Part shown: piece after piece, positions 1 to 10,756 of the stretch
Layout of the letters: every line of letters starts with the position of its first letter
Position numbering within the stretch: position 1 is the first letter of the stretch
Translations under genes and position numbers: made by a program
NCBI GenBank assembly: GCA_963835065.1
Contig: CAWIEK010000003.1
Coordinates: 1-64,000, forward strand
Reading direction: 5' to 3'
Source of the DNA: an uncultured Chthonomonadaceae bacterium
Lineage (GTDB): Bacteria; Armatimonadota; Chthonomonadetes; Chthonomonadales; Chthonomonadaceae
DNA: 64,000 nt
The notes under the pieces: model-generated
The model's database searches: none
Told to the model about the DNA's origin: nothing
What the model saw: only the letters and a program-made list of their open reading frames with translations

Positions 1-114
1 CCTCGGAGAACTTTCCTGCCGGGGATTTTCAATTCCCGGCCCTCCGCAGAGTGGACCAATCCAAAAAGAACGCGCAAAAGATAGAAAAATATCTACATAA
101 ACCACAGAAACAAC

Positions 115-397
115 GAACCTTTTCTGTCTCTAACTCGTCTAAATACATACGCACGTCTACACAATAGAGACTGCTAAATAGCCAGGTGGCGGGACGTTGC
201 AAGTTCGGAGTTCTCTCGCACTCTCAACAATCTAACCTGGAAGGGAGGTGCTGGAAGATGCCTGTACACTCTCCCCGTTCGCCCTGACGCTTACGAGGTC
301 ACGACGCCTCTTCTTATTACAACCTGACACAACGAGACACTGGGCTGGAAGCGCTGCATTGCCAAGATTTCAACGCTGTCTCTACATACTCTTTTTT
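115..397 (+). ncRNA. Copy 1 of a three-copy element: ECF-type promoter + micro-ORF + conserved putative structured RNA
   Basis: GAACC(115-119)-N16-CGTCTAA(136-142); SD AAGGGAGGTG 241-250; micro-ORF 258-287; conserved words GACACAACGAGACA, GGGCTGGAAGCGCTG, ATTGCCAAGATTTC and CTCTACATA shared with the copies at ~20 kb and ~35.6 kb; ends in a T-tract. Confidence 0.7.
258..287 (+). CDS. Putative micro-peptide MPVHSPRSP
   Basis: Strong SD 7 nt upstream; start and stop context conserved in the two paralogous copies. Confidence 0.5.
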   Translation: MPVHSPRSP

Positions 398-404
398 CTA
401 TATG

Positions 405-430
405 CCTTCATCCTTCATCCTTCATCCTTT
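405..430. repeat. Short tandem heptamer repeat (TCCTTCA)n
   Basis: ccttcatccttcatccttcatccttt; the same motif occurs at ~35490, 42293-42322, 42437-42464 and 47401. Confidence 0.85.
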
Positions 431-539
431 GTCTTTTAGAGGCGCTGGCCCTGGGTATCCTGGAAAATTCGTAAAAATGCGTGGAAGTGTGGAATACTAA
501 AAGGGAACGCTTACATCGAACTTTGTTTTGGAGCTATAT

Positions 540-2982
540 ATGACCGTTTCTTTTACCAGTTCCCGCTTTTCTCGCATCCCCCGGCAGGCGGCTGTCGGCG
601 GATTGCTTTGCCTTTCCAGCCTTGTCGGCGGCGGCTCCGCCCGCCAAAAAACACCTTCCGCCCACGCTCGACCCGACGTATGGCCTGCGCGCGCCCAAAA
701 CCGTGCCCGTCAGCGTCTATAATCCGAAAGCCGACGCGCATTGGATATGGGCGGAACGGACGGCCAGCGAGCAAACCGTCGGATTGCGGGGCGCGTTTAC
801 CCTGCCGCAAGTTCCGCGCATTGCCACGCTGTACGTCACGGCGGACGACTTTTTCACCTGCTATGTCAACGGCAAGCAGGTGGAGCAGTCCGTTCCCAAT
901 CCGCAGGATACGTTTGTCTGGAAGCGCGTCCATCGGCAGAACATCGCGCGCTATCTGCAGCCGGGCAAAAACGTGGTCGCCATCAAAGCCTTGAACAACG
1001 CGGGCGCGGCAGGCGCGATTGCCCGAATCGAAGCGGACGGCAAGCCCCTGCTGCTGACCGACAACACCTGGAAAGTGTTCGACGGCCAGAACCTGCCGCC
1101 GACCTGGACGAGCGCTGAATTTAATGACGCCGCGTGGAAGAATGTCCATGTCGTGACCGAGGTAACGGGCGATCCCTGGGCAAGCGCGGGCGGGCTGGAA
1201 GGCTGGCCCGGCTACGACATAACCGCCGCGTACATGGCGCACGTCACCCTCGACCCAACCGACAATCTGGACCCACAGGCCGGCAAAGGCAAATTGGAAG
1301 CCCATGAACCGGGCGTCTTTACAGCCTCATTTGGCGGCAGTGATCCCGCCAATGCCCCGTCCGTCGTCGTGGACTTCGGCAAAGAAATCGCGGGGCGCGT
1401 GGAAATCACGGCCACGAGCGGCGAAGGCATTGCGGTTGTCGGCACGGGCGAATCCAAAGAGGAAGCCGTGAAAATGCCCTGGGGCGGTACGCATCGCCTG
1501 GAACTGGCGGACGGCAAGGCCGCGTACACGCCCTACAGCGCATTTCGCTACGCCAAACTGACGTTTCTTCCCTCGGCTGAGAGTGGAACAGCGGGCAAAA
1601 GCGTGTCCGTGTCCGTGAAAGTGGATCACAAATACTATCCCGTCACGTACAAGGGCGCGTTCGATTGTTCCGACCCCCTCCTGACGCGCATCTGGTACAC
1701 GGGCGCGTATACGAGCCATTTGTGTATGCAGGAAGACATTTGGGACGCGCCCAAGCGGGACCGGGCGCGCTGGATGGGCGACCTGCACGTTTCGGGCGAA
1801 GTCATCAACATCGCGTTTGCGGATCGCTTTTTGATGGAGCAGACCATGCAGCGGCTGCGGGACGAGGCGCAGGGCGGCGCGTCATCCGGCGACCTGCCCA
1901 AAGCGCACGTCAACGGCATCCCCGGCTACTCGTGCGCGTGGATTTGCGGGCTTGCGGATTTCCACCGGCACATCGGCGACTACGAATATCTCAACCGGCA
2001 GCACAGTTCGCTCATTACCATGCTGGATTATTTCAAGGGCGTACCGAGTACCCTGAACAACGCCGTCGCGGACAGCGCGGGGGAGTTGGACGGGCGGGGC
2101 ATTTTCGCCAACAACCGCAAAGCCTGGCCGTTCGTGGATTGGGCGCCCGATTTCAACGGCGACGGTCCGCGCGCCCGCGCCGCCACGCACCTGTTTTTGG
2201 TGAAAGCCGCCCGCGAAGCCGTGTTCCTGCTGTACGAGATGGGCGACGAAGCCAACGCCAAAATCTACGCGAAATGGGCGTCGGATTTGTCGGACGCCGC
2301 GCAGCGCTATCTGTTCGACGAGAAAACCCACGTAGTCAGCGACCGGCGGCAGGACAACGCGATGGCGATCTATGCGGGCGTGGCGGACAAGGAACAAACG
2401 CAGGCCATTTACGACAAAATTCTTAATCCCACCAGTCCCGCCTGGAAAATGATCGCCACGCCCTACTACAACAACTACATCCTCTACGCCATGAGCCTGG
2501 CCGGGCACACGCCGGAAACCCTGGGCGTGATACGCAACTACTGGGGCGGGATGCTGGAGGAGGGCGCGACAAGCTGGTGGGAGGCGTATGATCCCTCGTG
2601 GGAAAAGAAGGACTTTCACGCGCATTTGCAGGCCGATAACGGAACCGGGTACTTTGTCAGCCTGGCGCACGGCTGGTCCGCCGCCCCGACAAGCTGGCTC
2701 ACGGAGCGCGTTTTGGGCGTCCGTCCCACGGGGGGCGGCTTCAAAACCGTAGACATCGCCCCGGAATTGGGCGACCTGGAATGGGCGGAGGGCGACGTTC
2801 CCACCCCGCGCGGCAATCTGCGCGTCCGCGTGGAAAAGCAGAAGTTCGGCCTGAAACTCACCGCCATCGTACCCGAAGGCAGCAAAGCGAGCCTGACCGT
2901 TCCCGGCAAAACCCTCTTCGTCACCGGCCCGAAAAACGTCACCGTCATGTCGCCATCCAAGCCGGTTGCCAAGCCTTTGTGA
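540..2982 (+). CDS. Alpha-L-rhamnosidase-like glycoside hydrolase (GH78), secreted; apparent frameshift near 620
   Basis: DAPKRDRARWMGD, GATSWWE and SLAHGWS motifs in ORF 622-2982; a signal-peptide-like N-terminus from ATG 540 lies in another frame. Confidence 0.85.
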
Positions 2983-2995
2983 GGCAACTACGAAA

Positions 2996-3041
2996 GCCCT
3001 CACCCCTCACCCCTCTCCCAAAAGTACATGGGAGAGGGGAA
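2996..3041. repeat. REP-like palindrome (CCCCTCTCCC...GGGAGAGGGG)
   Basis: Hairpin downstream of the rhamnosidase; related copies at 14281-14325 and 35115-35280. Confidence 0.7.
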
Positions 3042-3094
3042 CGGCTCTTTTTGATGTGGCTGAACAGGGTTAAAGCAGAAAAGGAGGCGCGAAC

Positions 3095-3412
3095 ATGGAG
3101 CATACGATAGAAACGGATGAACATGGCGCTCTGACGTTATCGCCGGAGTTGATTGGCAGCAGCAAGCCGCACACGCGCTATGTTGTGGAAAATCAAGGCG
3201 AGCGGCTGATACTGCGACAAGCGGCGCAAGATTCGGAAGCCACCCTAACACGCCAAAAGCAGAAATTAACCGCCGCAGAATGGCGCGAGGAATGGGAAGC
3301 CTGGTCTAAACAGGTCACGAAAGCGTGGAACAGCGATCAAACGGCAGCGGAAATCGTTGCGGAACTGCGGACACGGAAATGTTACAGCGTGGAGCAGGCA
3401 TTGTCAACGTGA
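3095..3412 (+). CDS. Small protein resembling an AbrB/MazE-type antitoxin; 3' end probably fused to a gene remnant
   Basis: SD AAGGAGG; N-terminal 'TDEHGALTLSPELIG' swapped-hairpin-like motif; 'AAEIVAELR' tail typical of antitoxins. Confidence 0.5.
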   Translation: MEHTIETDEHGALTLSPELIGSSKPHTRYVVENQGERLILRQAAQDSEATLTRQKQKLTAAEWREEWEAWSKQVTKAWNSDQTAAEIVAELRTRKCYSVEQALST

Positions 3413-3419
3413 TGACGCC

Positions 3420-3701
3420 TGCGCAATGGAACGCCGCGCATCCTTCGCTGTAAGCGCATGGAAACGTACAATTCGTACAGCCCGCCTTTGATTTGGGAGC
3501 AGCGGCGTAGGGCAACTGGTTCTTTCCACGATAGCGGGGTGGGATCATTCCCTTGATGCTCCCGGCCCGTCAGTGGATACGAACGTACTCAGCCCAAGCA
3601 TACAGGCTGTTCCCGAACCCGGCAGTCTGGCTTTGCTTATCGGCGCGGGAATTGGCGGCGCAAGCCTGTTCGCCCGTCGCCATCGGTTACGCCGCAAGTA
3701 G
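3420..3701 (+). pseudogene. Remnant of a PEP-CTERM sorting-domain protein gene
   Basis: 3603-3701 reads QAVPEPGSLALLIGAGIGGASLFARRHRLRRK*; in-frame stop at 3489-3491 and no start codon. Confidence 0.7.
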
Positions 3702-3849
3702 TTCGCCGCGCGGGTTTGTTTTCGTGGCCTGTCTTCTGTTTGCGCAGAAGGCAGGCCGCATTTTAGCGTGTATTATGTACATCGAGAACACATCATGGTA
3801 TAATCTGCTCAGAGGAAACAACACGAGTGAGGGAAACAGAGGAACGCCA

Positions 3850-4119
3850 ATGACACTTATGTTTGAAGGCACATGGGAAGAGATTGCGCAGCATGCCCCG
3901 GAATTGACCGGGCGGCGGCTGTGCGTCTTTACCTTCGAGGATGAGGCTGTAGAAACCTTGCCTGTTCCGCCACCTGATTTTACTTCTCAGGAAGAATTGG
4001 AAGCATTGTTGTTGGAAGGGTTGAATTCCGGCGCTCCTATCCGCATTACCCCTGAATACTGGCAACAAAAAGAAGAGATGTTGCTCCGCCGATGGGCACA
4101 GAAGAACGGTCAGCCATGA
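3850..4119 (+). CDS. ParD-like antitoxin
   Basis: 'QEELEALLLEGLNSGAPIRITPEYW' ParD-like C-terminus; ATGA overlap with the toxin. Confidence 0.7.
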   Translation: MTLMFEGTWEEIAQHAPELTGRRLCVFTFEDEAVETLPVPPPDFTSQEELEALLLEGLNSGAPIRITPEYWQQKEEMLLRRWAQKNGQP

Positions 4120-4442
4120 CACGCCACATTGACACAGATGAGGCTGCCGATACAGATATTAATAAACACTTCGATTATCTTGCGGAACGCAGCGTTGAGG
4201 CAGGGTTGCGTTTCCTTCGGGCCGTCACGCGCTCCCTGGAAGATTTAGCGTTGATGCCGGGTATAGGCGCGCGGCGCGATTACCACAATCCTGATCTTGG
4301 CGGTCTGCGCATGTCGCCGGTAACAGGTTTCGAAAACTACCTCATCTTTTATCTGACTGCTGAAGACAGCATTCGTGTTGTCAGAGTGCTGCACGGCGCA
4401 CAGGATATTGAGCGCATCTTTCAGCAGAAAACAAGCGAGTAA
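4116..4442 (+). CDS. RelE/ParE family toxin
   Basis: 'EAADTDI...YLA...AGLRF...MPGIG...YLIFY...VVRVLHGAQDI' ParE pattern. Confidence 0.9.
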   Translation: MTRHIDTDEAADTDINKHFDYLAERSVEAGLRFLRAVTRSLEDLALMPGIGARRDYHNPDLGGLRMSPVTGFENYLIFYLTAEDSIRVVRVLHGAQDIERIFQQKTSE

Positions 4443-4459
4443 ACATTTTAACTTGCTGT

Positions 4460-5873
4460 TTGACAAAGACGATGGTTAAATTTCGAGGGTACTGGCTCAA
4501 TGCTTTGAGCCTGCTGTTTTGCTCGCTAATGGGCGGGCTGATACTGACGGGCGGGTTTGTGGGCGTGGAGCAGCGTTCCGCAGTGGCAGCCTGGGCAGCG
4601 CGGCTGTTCTTCGGCTTGGGCGGGGCGGGCATGCTGTGGCATTTCGGCTATGGGTTGCTGGAATGTTTCACCGTGTACGCGCTGGACGAAAACGGCATCA
4701 CGCGCTATCGCCTGGAACGGAACCCGCGCCCTGCAATGGAGCGATCTGGCGCGCTATGAAGCGAGCGGCCACGTTCACGGCACGGTTACGCTGATAGACC
4801 ATCAAAACCGCGCGCTTCCCATTTACTTTTCCCTGTTGAGCGCCCGCCGCAACGCCGAACTGCGCGCCCTGCTTGCCCCACATCTCGCCCCGCTTGCCGA
4901 GCGTCAATTGCGCGACATCGGCAGCCTGAACACCGTTTACCGCCCCCTGCGCAATCTCCGTATCCTGTGCGGCGTGATGTGCATCGCGCTGTCAGGATTG
5001 TTTGTGGTTATGCCCCTGGCCGATCCTGCCGCCTTCGATCCGCTATGGCTGCTTGTTCCCTTCTTTGTCGGCTTCCTGGGCATGCTTGCGTTGGGAGTAT
5101 GGTTTCTGCTGCGCGGCCTGACCTACGCCCTCACAATCACGCCGCAGGACATTACCGAAAGCAATTGCTTCCGTGCCAGATGCCTGCCGTTTCCGCAGGT
5201 AACGTCCCTCTGGGTGAGCGAACCGAGTCATGACAGCAAACAAGGGGCCGTAACAAGCCTGGAGGGAAACGGCGTCCACATCCGGCTGAGTTCCAGCATG
5301 AAGGATTATCCTCTGCTGATTCACTATATCCGCGCCCGCGTCAGCGCAGCCTCGATACAGCGCGGCGACGCGATTGCGCAGGCGAACCAAGCGAAGGCCG
5401 CGCGGCAAAGTCGCGTTCTTCTGCCGATTCTCCTGACCGTTGTGCCGACAGTCTGCGCGGGCTTCGGCCTGAACATGGTTGTCCACAGCGCTCAAAGCCT
5501 GAGCCGCTATCGCCTGCTGGACGCGCAGGGAATCGCCACAACCGGGCAGGTTCTCGAAAGCGAGGCAACCGGCGACAAAAACAAGCCCTACGTAATCCGC
5601 TATACCTTTGCAAGCGCAAGCGGCAGGCGCATGGAAAGCGTTGATCCTGTATTTCACGCCGACTACCAACGCCTGCATAAAGGCGATGCTGTCCACGTCC
5701 GATACGCGCCCGACCAGCCCGACATCAGCGCCATTGCGCAGTCCGTCGGCAGGCGCTATGCAGCCGGAGATATATTTATGGGGAGTATTTTTGTCGCTTG
5801 CGCGGCAGGGCTTCCTTTCATCGTCTTTTGGGAAGCCCGCGTCAAACGCCGCGCCGCGTCAAACGCCGCTTAA
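4460..5873 (+). CDS. Membrane protein with PH-like domains and a C-terminal DUF3592-like domain; frameshift near 4705
   Basis: Overlapping ORFs 4460-4759 and 4557-5873 join into one multi-TM protein; 'GIATTGQV...[14 protein letters not shown]'. Confidence 0.6.
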
Positions 5874-7910
5874 CCGCGCTACGATCTCGTCCACATCGTA
5901 CACGCAGCCGCCCCACGTGCCGCCGCTTACGGCCTGCAATGCCGCCCACAGCCGCGTGTCGTCCGGCAAATCCGGGTCGGCGTGGAGGTCGGGACGCACC
6001 GAGCGTTCGGCCAGAATTTGCGCCCCGGCTTCCGCGCCGAACCGCTCCTCGCCATGCCCGATTAAATTCACGGTTCCTTCCAGCCGGTTGCGGTCAATCA
6101 CGATCTCAATAATATCGCCGTCCACGATTTTGCCGATTGGCCCGCCCGCCAGCGCTTCCGGCCCGACATGCCCGATACACGCGCCCGTCGAAACGCCGGA
6201 AAACCGCGCGTCCGTAATCACCGCCACCTGCTTACCCCACGGCAAAAACTTCAGCGCGCTGGTAATCTGGTAAATCTCCTCCATCCCCGCCCCCATCGGC
6301 CCGCGACAGATCAGCACGAGGATGTCGCCGGGGAGAATTCGGGAAAGTGATGAGTGATGAGTGATGAGTGATGAATGGGATTTTAATTCATCATTCATCA
6401 TTCCGCCTTCATCACTTCTGACTTCTTCAACGCCCTTGATCGCTTCAATGGCGGCGCGTTCGGTGGTGAAGACGCGGGCGGGGCCGGTTTTGCGGTAGAT
6501 GCCGTCCGCGTCTACGACGCTCGGATCAATGGACGTGCTTTTGATGACGGAACCCTGGGGCGCGAGGTTGCCGCGCGGGAACGTGACGGTGCTTGTCAGT
6601 CCTTTTTCGCGGGCGCGGGTGGGAGAAAGAATCACGTCGTCGGGATCAATGCCGTCCTGGTCGCGCAGGCGTTCGCGCAGGCGTTCGCGGCGTTCCGAAT
6701 GTTCCCACGCTTCCAGATTCTCGCCCAACGTTTTGCCGGTCACGGTCAGGGCGTCGAGATGCAGCAAACCCAATTCGCGCAGGTGCAGCATCACTTCCGG
6801 GACGCCGCCGGCCAGGAAGAAGCGCACGGTCGGGTGGTCGGTAGGGCCATTCGGCAGCACGTCTACCAGCCGGGGCGTTCGGACGTTGATTTCGTGCCAG
6901 TCGTCTACGGTTGGACGGCGCAATTTGGCGGCATGGGCGATGGCGGGGATGTGCAGCAGCAGGTTCGTACTGCCGCCGCAGGCCGCGTGAACCGTCATGG
7001 CGTTGCGCAGGGAGTCGTCGGTGAGAATATCGCGGGTCGTTACGCCATTCGTGGCTAAGTTTATCATTGCCAATGCCGACTGCCGCGCCATATCCAGCCA
7101 AATCGCCTGGCCCGAAGGCGCAAGCGCGGCATGGGGCAGGGACAGGCCGAGCGCTTCGCCCACCACCTGCGCGGTTGCCGCCGTGCCAAAGAACTGGCAG
7201 CCGCCGCCCGGTGTCGCGCAGGCCCGGCAGCCCATTTCCGCCACTTCCTTCAGCGTAATCAGGCCGTGCGCGAACCGCGCCCCGACCGTCTGGATTTTGC
7301 CCGCGTCCTCGCCGTTTTCCGCCGGCAGTGTGACGCCGCCCGGAACCAATACGCATGGTAAATCGCGCATGGCGGCCAGCGCCATCATCATCGCGGGCAA
7401 GCCTTTGTCGCACGTCGCCACGCCCAACACGCCCTTACGGTTGGGCAGGCTGCGTATCAAACGCCGGAACACGGTTGCCGCGTCGTTGCGGTAGGGCAGG
7501 CTGTCCATCATGCCGGTTGTACCCTGCGAGCGCCCGTCGCACGGGTCGGAACAGAACGCGGCAAACGGCAGGCAGTCGTTGGCGGACAGGGTTTCCGCTG
7601 CCGCCTGCATCAGCAGGCCCACTTCCCAATGCCCGGTATGGTAACCAAGCGCGACGGGCGAACCGTCCGGGTTCCTGATTCCGCCCTGCGTGGACAAAAT
7701 CAGGAACTCTCGGCGATTTAATTGCTTCGGGTTCCAGCCCATGCCCGCGTTCTGCGACAGGGCAAAAATATCGCCGCTCGGTCGGTGCAGCAGCATGTCC
7801 GGCGTGACCGGCAGTTCGCCCATCGGCCCCCGCGCTTTCGTCTGCACGTCGTACAAATCCACTTCGCGCTTATCTGCTTCGCGCCCATCCACTTCATTTC
7901 GGGTTTTCAT
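5859..7910 (-). CDS. YjhG/YagF family D-xylonate dehydratase (IlvD/Edd family)
   Basis: [33 protein letters not shown] and [11 protein letters not shown] motifs. Confidence 0.9.
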   Translation of the reverse strand: MKTRNEVDGREADKREVDLYDVQTKARGPMGELPVTPDMLLHRPSGDIFALSQNAGMGWNPKQLNRREFLILSTQGGIRNPDGSPVALGYHTGHWEVGLLMQAAAETLSANDCLPFAAFCSDPCDGRSQGTTGMMDSLPYRNDAATVFRRLIRSLPNRKGVLGVATCDKGLPAMMMALAAMRDLPCVLVPGGVTLPAENGEDAGKIQTVGARFAHGLITLKEVAEMGCRACATPGGGCQFFGTAATAQVVGEALGLSLPHAALAPSGQAIWLDMARQSALAMINLATNGVTTRDILTDDSLRNAMTVHAACGGSTNLLLHIPAIAHAAKLRRPTVDDWHEINVRTPRLVDVLPNGPTDHPTVRFFLAGGVPEVMLHLRELGLLHLDALTVTGKTLGENLEAWEHSERRERLRERLRDQDGIDPDDVILSPTRAREKGLTSTVTFPRGNLAPQGSVIKSTSIDPSVVDADGIYRKTGPARVFTTERAAIEAIKGVEEVRSDEGGMMNDELKSHSSLITHHSSLSRILPGDILVLICRGPMGAGMEEIYQITSALKFLPWGKQVAVITDARFSGVSTGACIGHVGPEALAGGPIGKIVDGDIIEIVIDRNRLEGTVNLIGHGEERFGAEAGAQILAERSVRPDLHADPDLPDDTRLWAALQAVSGGTWGGCVYDVDEIVARLSGV

Positions 7911-8162
7911 TACGTTATATTTCCCAATCCTCCAATTGGAGGTCTGACAGTCTGTAATATGTTTATTTTACCTTGCTTTGGCGGGAATGGTAAGCGTCTT
8001 TCTACGCCTGCTCCCCTTCGGCCTGCACTTCTTTAGGGAACACTTTCTCCCCTTTTGCCGCTCTTACAGGTGGATGTATTCACCGGCGCTGATATGTCTG
8101 CTTGCGTCCTGCAAGCGGTTCGCGCCATGCGCCGGAAAGCAAGACAGAGGGGAACGATCATC

Positions 8163-9488
8163 ATGGGCGAGAACTTTAACGAGTTTGACAATCAAGTGTA
8201 CAATGCGTCCCGGCGGCGGTTTTTGACAACAGCGGGAACGGGAATCGTGGCTGCGGGGCTGGCGGGCGAATGGGGGGTGCCCGCACTGGCGCAAAATGCG
8301 GGCGGGCAGGGCGCAAATCTGCCGCCGCCCATTCCTTTACAGCCGATTTCCGCGCCGACCGAGCGGGAAAACGAAAAGGCTCCCACCGCCCTGCCGCCGG
8401 ACAAGCGCGCGGGCGTGGCGATTGTCGGTTTGGGCCGCTTGTCGCTGGAACAGATTTTGCCCGCGTTCGGGCAGTCCAAGCGCTGTAAGCCCGTCGCGCT
8501 CGTCAGCGGCGAACGCGCCAAAGCCGAGCAGGTCGCGCAGCAGTACGGCATCAAAGCGCAGAATATTTACGACTACAAAACCTACGACAGCCTGCGCGAC
8601 AATCCCGACGTGGACTACATTTATATCGTGCTGCCCAACAGTATGCACGCCGAATATACGGTTCGGGGCGCGCAGGCCGGCAAGCATATCCTATGCGAAA
8701 AGCCGATGGCGACAAGCGTGAAGGAAGCGCAGCAGATGGTGGACGCCTGCAAAAAGGCGGATCGCAAACTGATGATCGCGTATCGCATCCAGTATGAGCC
8801 GTACAACCGCGCGATGCAGCAGATGGTACGGGGCGGGGATTTGGGCGCGGTGAAAGTGATCGAAATGGCGAACGGCCAGAATCAGGGCGGCGACCTGAAC
8901 CAATGGCGGCTTAAGAAAGCCCTTGCGGGCGGCGGCAGCCTGCCGGACGTAGGCGTGTACTGCTTCAACACGGCCCGCTTCCTGACGGGCGAAGAGCCGA
9001 CCGAAATCAGCGCGAATATGTATACCACACCCAACGACCCGCGCTTCCGGGAAGTGGAGGAAACCGTCAACTGGCTGATGCGCTTCCCAAGCGGGATACA
9101 GGCAGTGTGTTCGACGAGCTACGGCTGGCACGAGAATCGCTATTACCGCGTTTTGGGTTCGGAAAAGTGGGCGCAGATGAGTCCCGCGTTTTCCTACAGT
9201 GGCCTGCAAATGCAGGTAGGGCACAAGTCCAAAGACAACCCGCAGATGGAGATCATGGAAGAGCGGAAACTGGAACAGAAGAACCAATTCGCGCTGGAAA
9301 TGGATCACATGGCCGAGTGCGTTCAGAGCGGTAAAACGCCCTACACGCCCGGCGAGGAGGGCTTGCAGGATCATCGCGTGATGGCCGCTATTTACGAAGC
9401 CGCCCACACTGGCCGCACCATCAAACTGCCCACTATCAGCAGCCTGGACACCTTTCGCGGCTCGCCTCCCGCCTCCAGCATGGGCTAA
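8163..9488 (+). CDS. Gfo/Idh/MocA oxidoreductase (glucose-fructose oxidoreductase-like), Tat-exported
   Basis: SRRRFL twin-arginine signal; VGLGRL, GKHILCEKPMA and GGGSLPDVGVY. Confidence 0.9.
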   Translation: MGENFNEFDNQVYNASRRRFLTTAGTGIVAAGLAGEWGVPALAQNAGGQGANLPPPIPLQPISAPTERENEKAPTALPPDKRAGVAIVGLGRLSLEQILPAFGQSKRCKPVALVSGERAKAEQVAQQYGIKAQNIYDYKTYDSLRDNPDVDYIYIVLPNSMHAEYTVRGAQAGKHILCEKPMATSVKEAQQMVDACKKADRKLMIAYRIQYEPYNRAMQQMVRGGDLGAVKVIEMANGQNQGGDLNQWRLKKALAGGGSLPDVGVYCFNTARFLTGEEPTEISANMYTTPNDPRFREVEETVNWLMRFPSGIQAVCSTSYGWHENRYYRVLGSEKWAQMSPAFSYSGLQMQVGHKSKDNPQMEIMEERKLEQKNQFALEMDHMAECVQSGKTPYTPGEEGLQDHRVMAAIYEAAHTGRTIKLPTISSLDTFRGSPPASSMG

Positions 9489-9675
9489 ACGCCGCCTGCA
9501 AACTATCGCCTGAAACAGATAAAATCAATCTGCCTCGCGCCTTTCTCCATAGGCCAGACGGAGGAAGGCGGGGCGTTCCTCTGTTCCCCAAAGCATGTCA
9601 TTGCAGGATACACTGCGGCCTAAATACGTGGGTAGTAACCGGTATATAAAATACCGGTTGTTAGGCCTACGGCCA

Positions 9676-10610
9676 ACTGTCCTACGCTTGCTTTAGCAAT
9701 GGGGTCAGGCGACTCCCTTTTCAGCCTTCGGCTGTCAGGCGGAATGTTGTCTGTGTCGGCTCTGCGTAGTTAAACATCTTGTGGTACACTATCACTATGA
9801 ACACGAAATGTCTAAAGTACAGAATACTACCCACAAAGACGCAGGAGACGGCTCTTGGCCGTACTCTGGCGACGTGTCGGGACGTGTACAACAGCCTCCT
9901 CAACGAACGCAAACACGAGTATGAGGTTCACGGGGCGTGACCGTCTCGCTACGAACAGCAGAAACACTTTCCGCATTGGGCCAGAGAGTTCCCCGAAATC
10001 AAGGACGTGTTCAGCCAGGTGTTGCAGAACGTGGCGGTTCGGCTTGACATCGCGTTCACAGCCTTCTTTCGCCGTGTGCAGGCGGGCGAAACACCTGGCT
10101 TTCCCCGCTTCAAAGGCGAGGGTTATGATAGTTTCACCTATCCGCAATCCGGCTTCAAGGTAGGCGAGCCGTCCGTCTCCCTGTCCAAAATCGGAACCAT
10201 CAAGGCAATCATGCACCGCCCCATAGAAGGACGGGTGAAAACCTGTACGGTTCGGCGGCACAATGACAAGTGGTATGTCTGCTTTGCCGTCGAAGTGGAG
10301 GAAGAACCGTTCGCGCCGTCTGAGGAAGCCATCGGCATAGATGTGGGCTTGAACCGGTGCGCGGCGCTTTCCAACGGCGAGATGATTGCCAACCCGCGTT
10401 TCTTCCACAAGGACGAAAAGGCGCTGGCGAAAGCGCAACGCAAACTCAGCAAGCACAAGCGTGGCACACAAGAACGCCGCAGAGCAAAGAAAGCGGTTCG
10501 CCGTATTCATGAATCGGCGTAAGGCAATGGGAACCAATCGGTATGGGGCAACATACCGTCTCTGGTATACCAGAGTAGAAGCCCCGGCGTTTACGCCTGG
10601 GGAGTTGTCA
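9676..10610 (+). mobile_element. Decayed IS200/IS605-family (IS1341-like) element carrying a tnpB pseudogene
   Basis: tnpB fragment plus right-end hairpin GAAGCCCCGGCGTTTACGCCTGGGGAGTTGTCA ending at 10610; left boundary approximate. Confidence 0.8.
9797..10522 (+). pseudogene. tnpB: TnpB RNA-guided nuclease, inactivated (TGA at 9938-9940; C-terminal RuvC and Zn finger missing)
   Basis: KYRILPTKTQ, SQVLQNVAVRLD, PGFPRFK, RuvC-I 'AIGIDVGL', LAKAQRKLSK; the ORF ends at RRIHESA*. Confidence 0.85.
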
Positions 10611-10756
10611 TAAGTACGGTTTCTTCTCACCTATTTCTACAAACCTCTCGGTGAGCCAAGCCCAGCTACCACGCTCTTGTTTGGGCGAAATTTAGGTTTA
10701 TACCGGGTCAGCACGATTGTACAATGTTTCGTTGCTTTGTTCATAAGGAGAGCTGC

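Noticed and set aside
285..400. Selenocysteine read-through of the conserved UGA followed by a hairpin
   Set aside because: The frame after UGA differs between copy 1 and copies 2/3, and no redox motif results.
248..439. 63-aa ORF (and ORFs 19790-20074 -, 35472-35750 -) as a conserved small protein family
   Set aside because: The similarity switches reading frame between copies because of indels, so conservation is at the nucleotide level.
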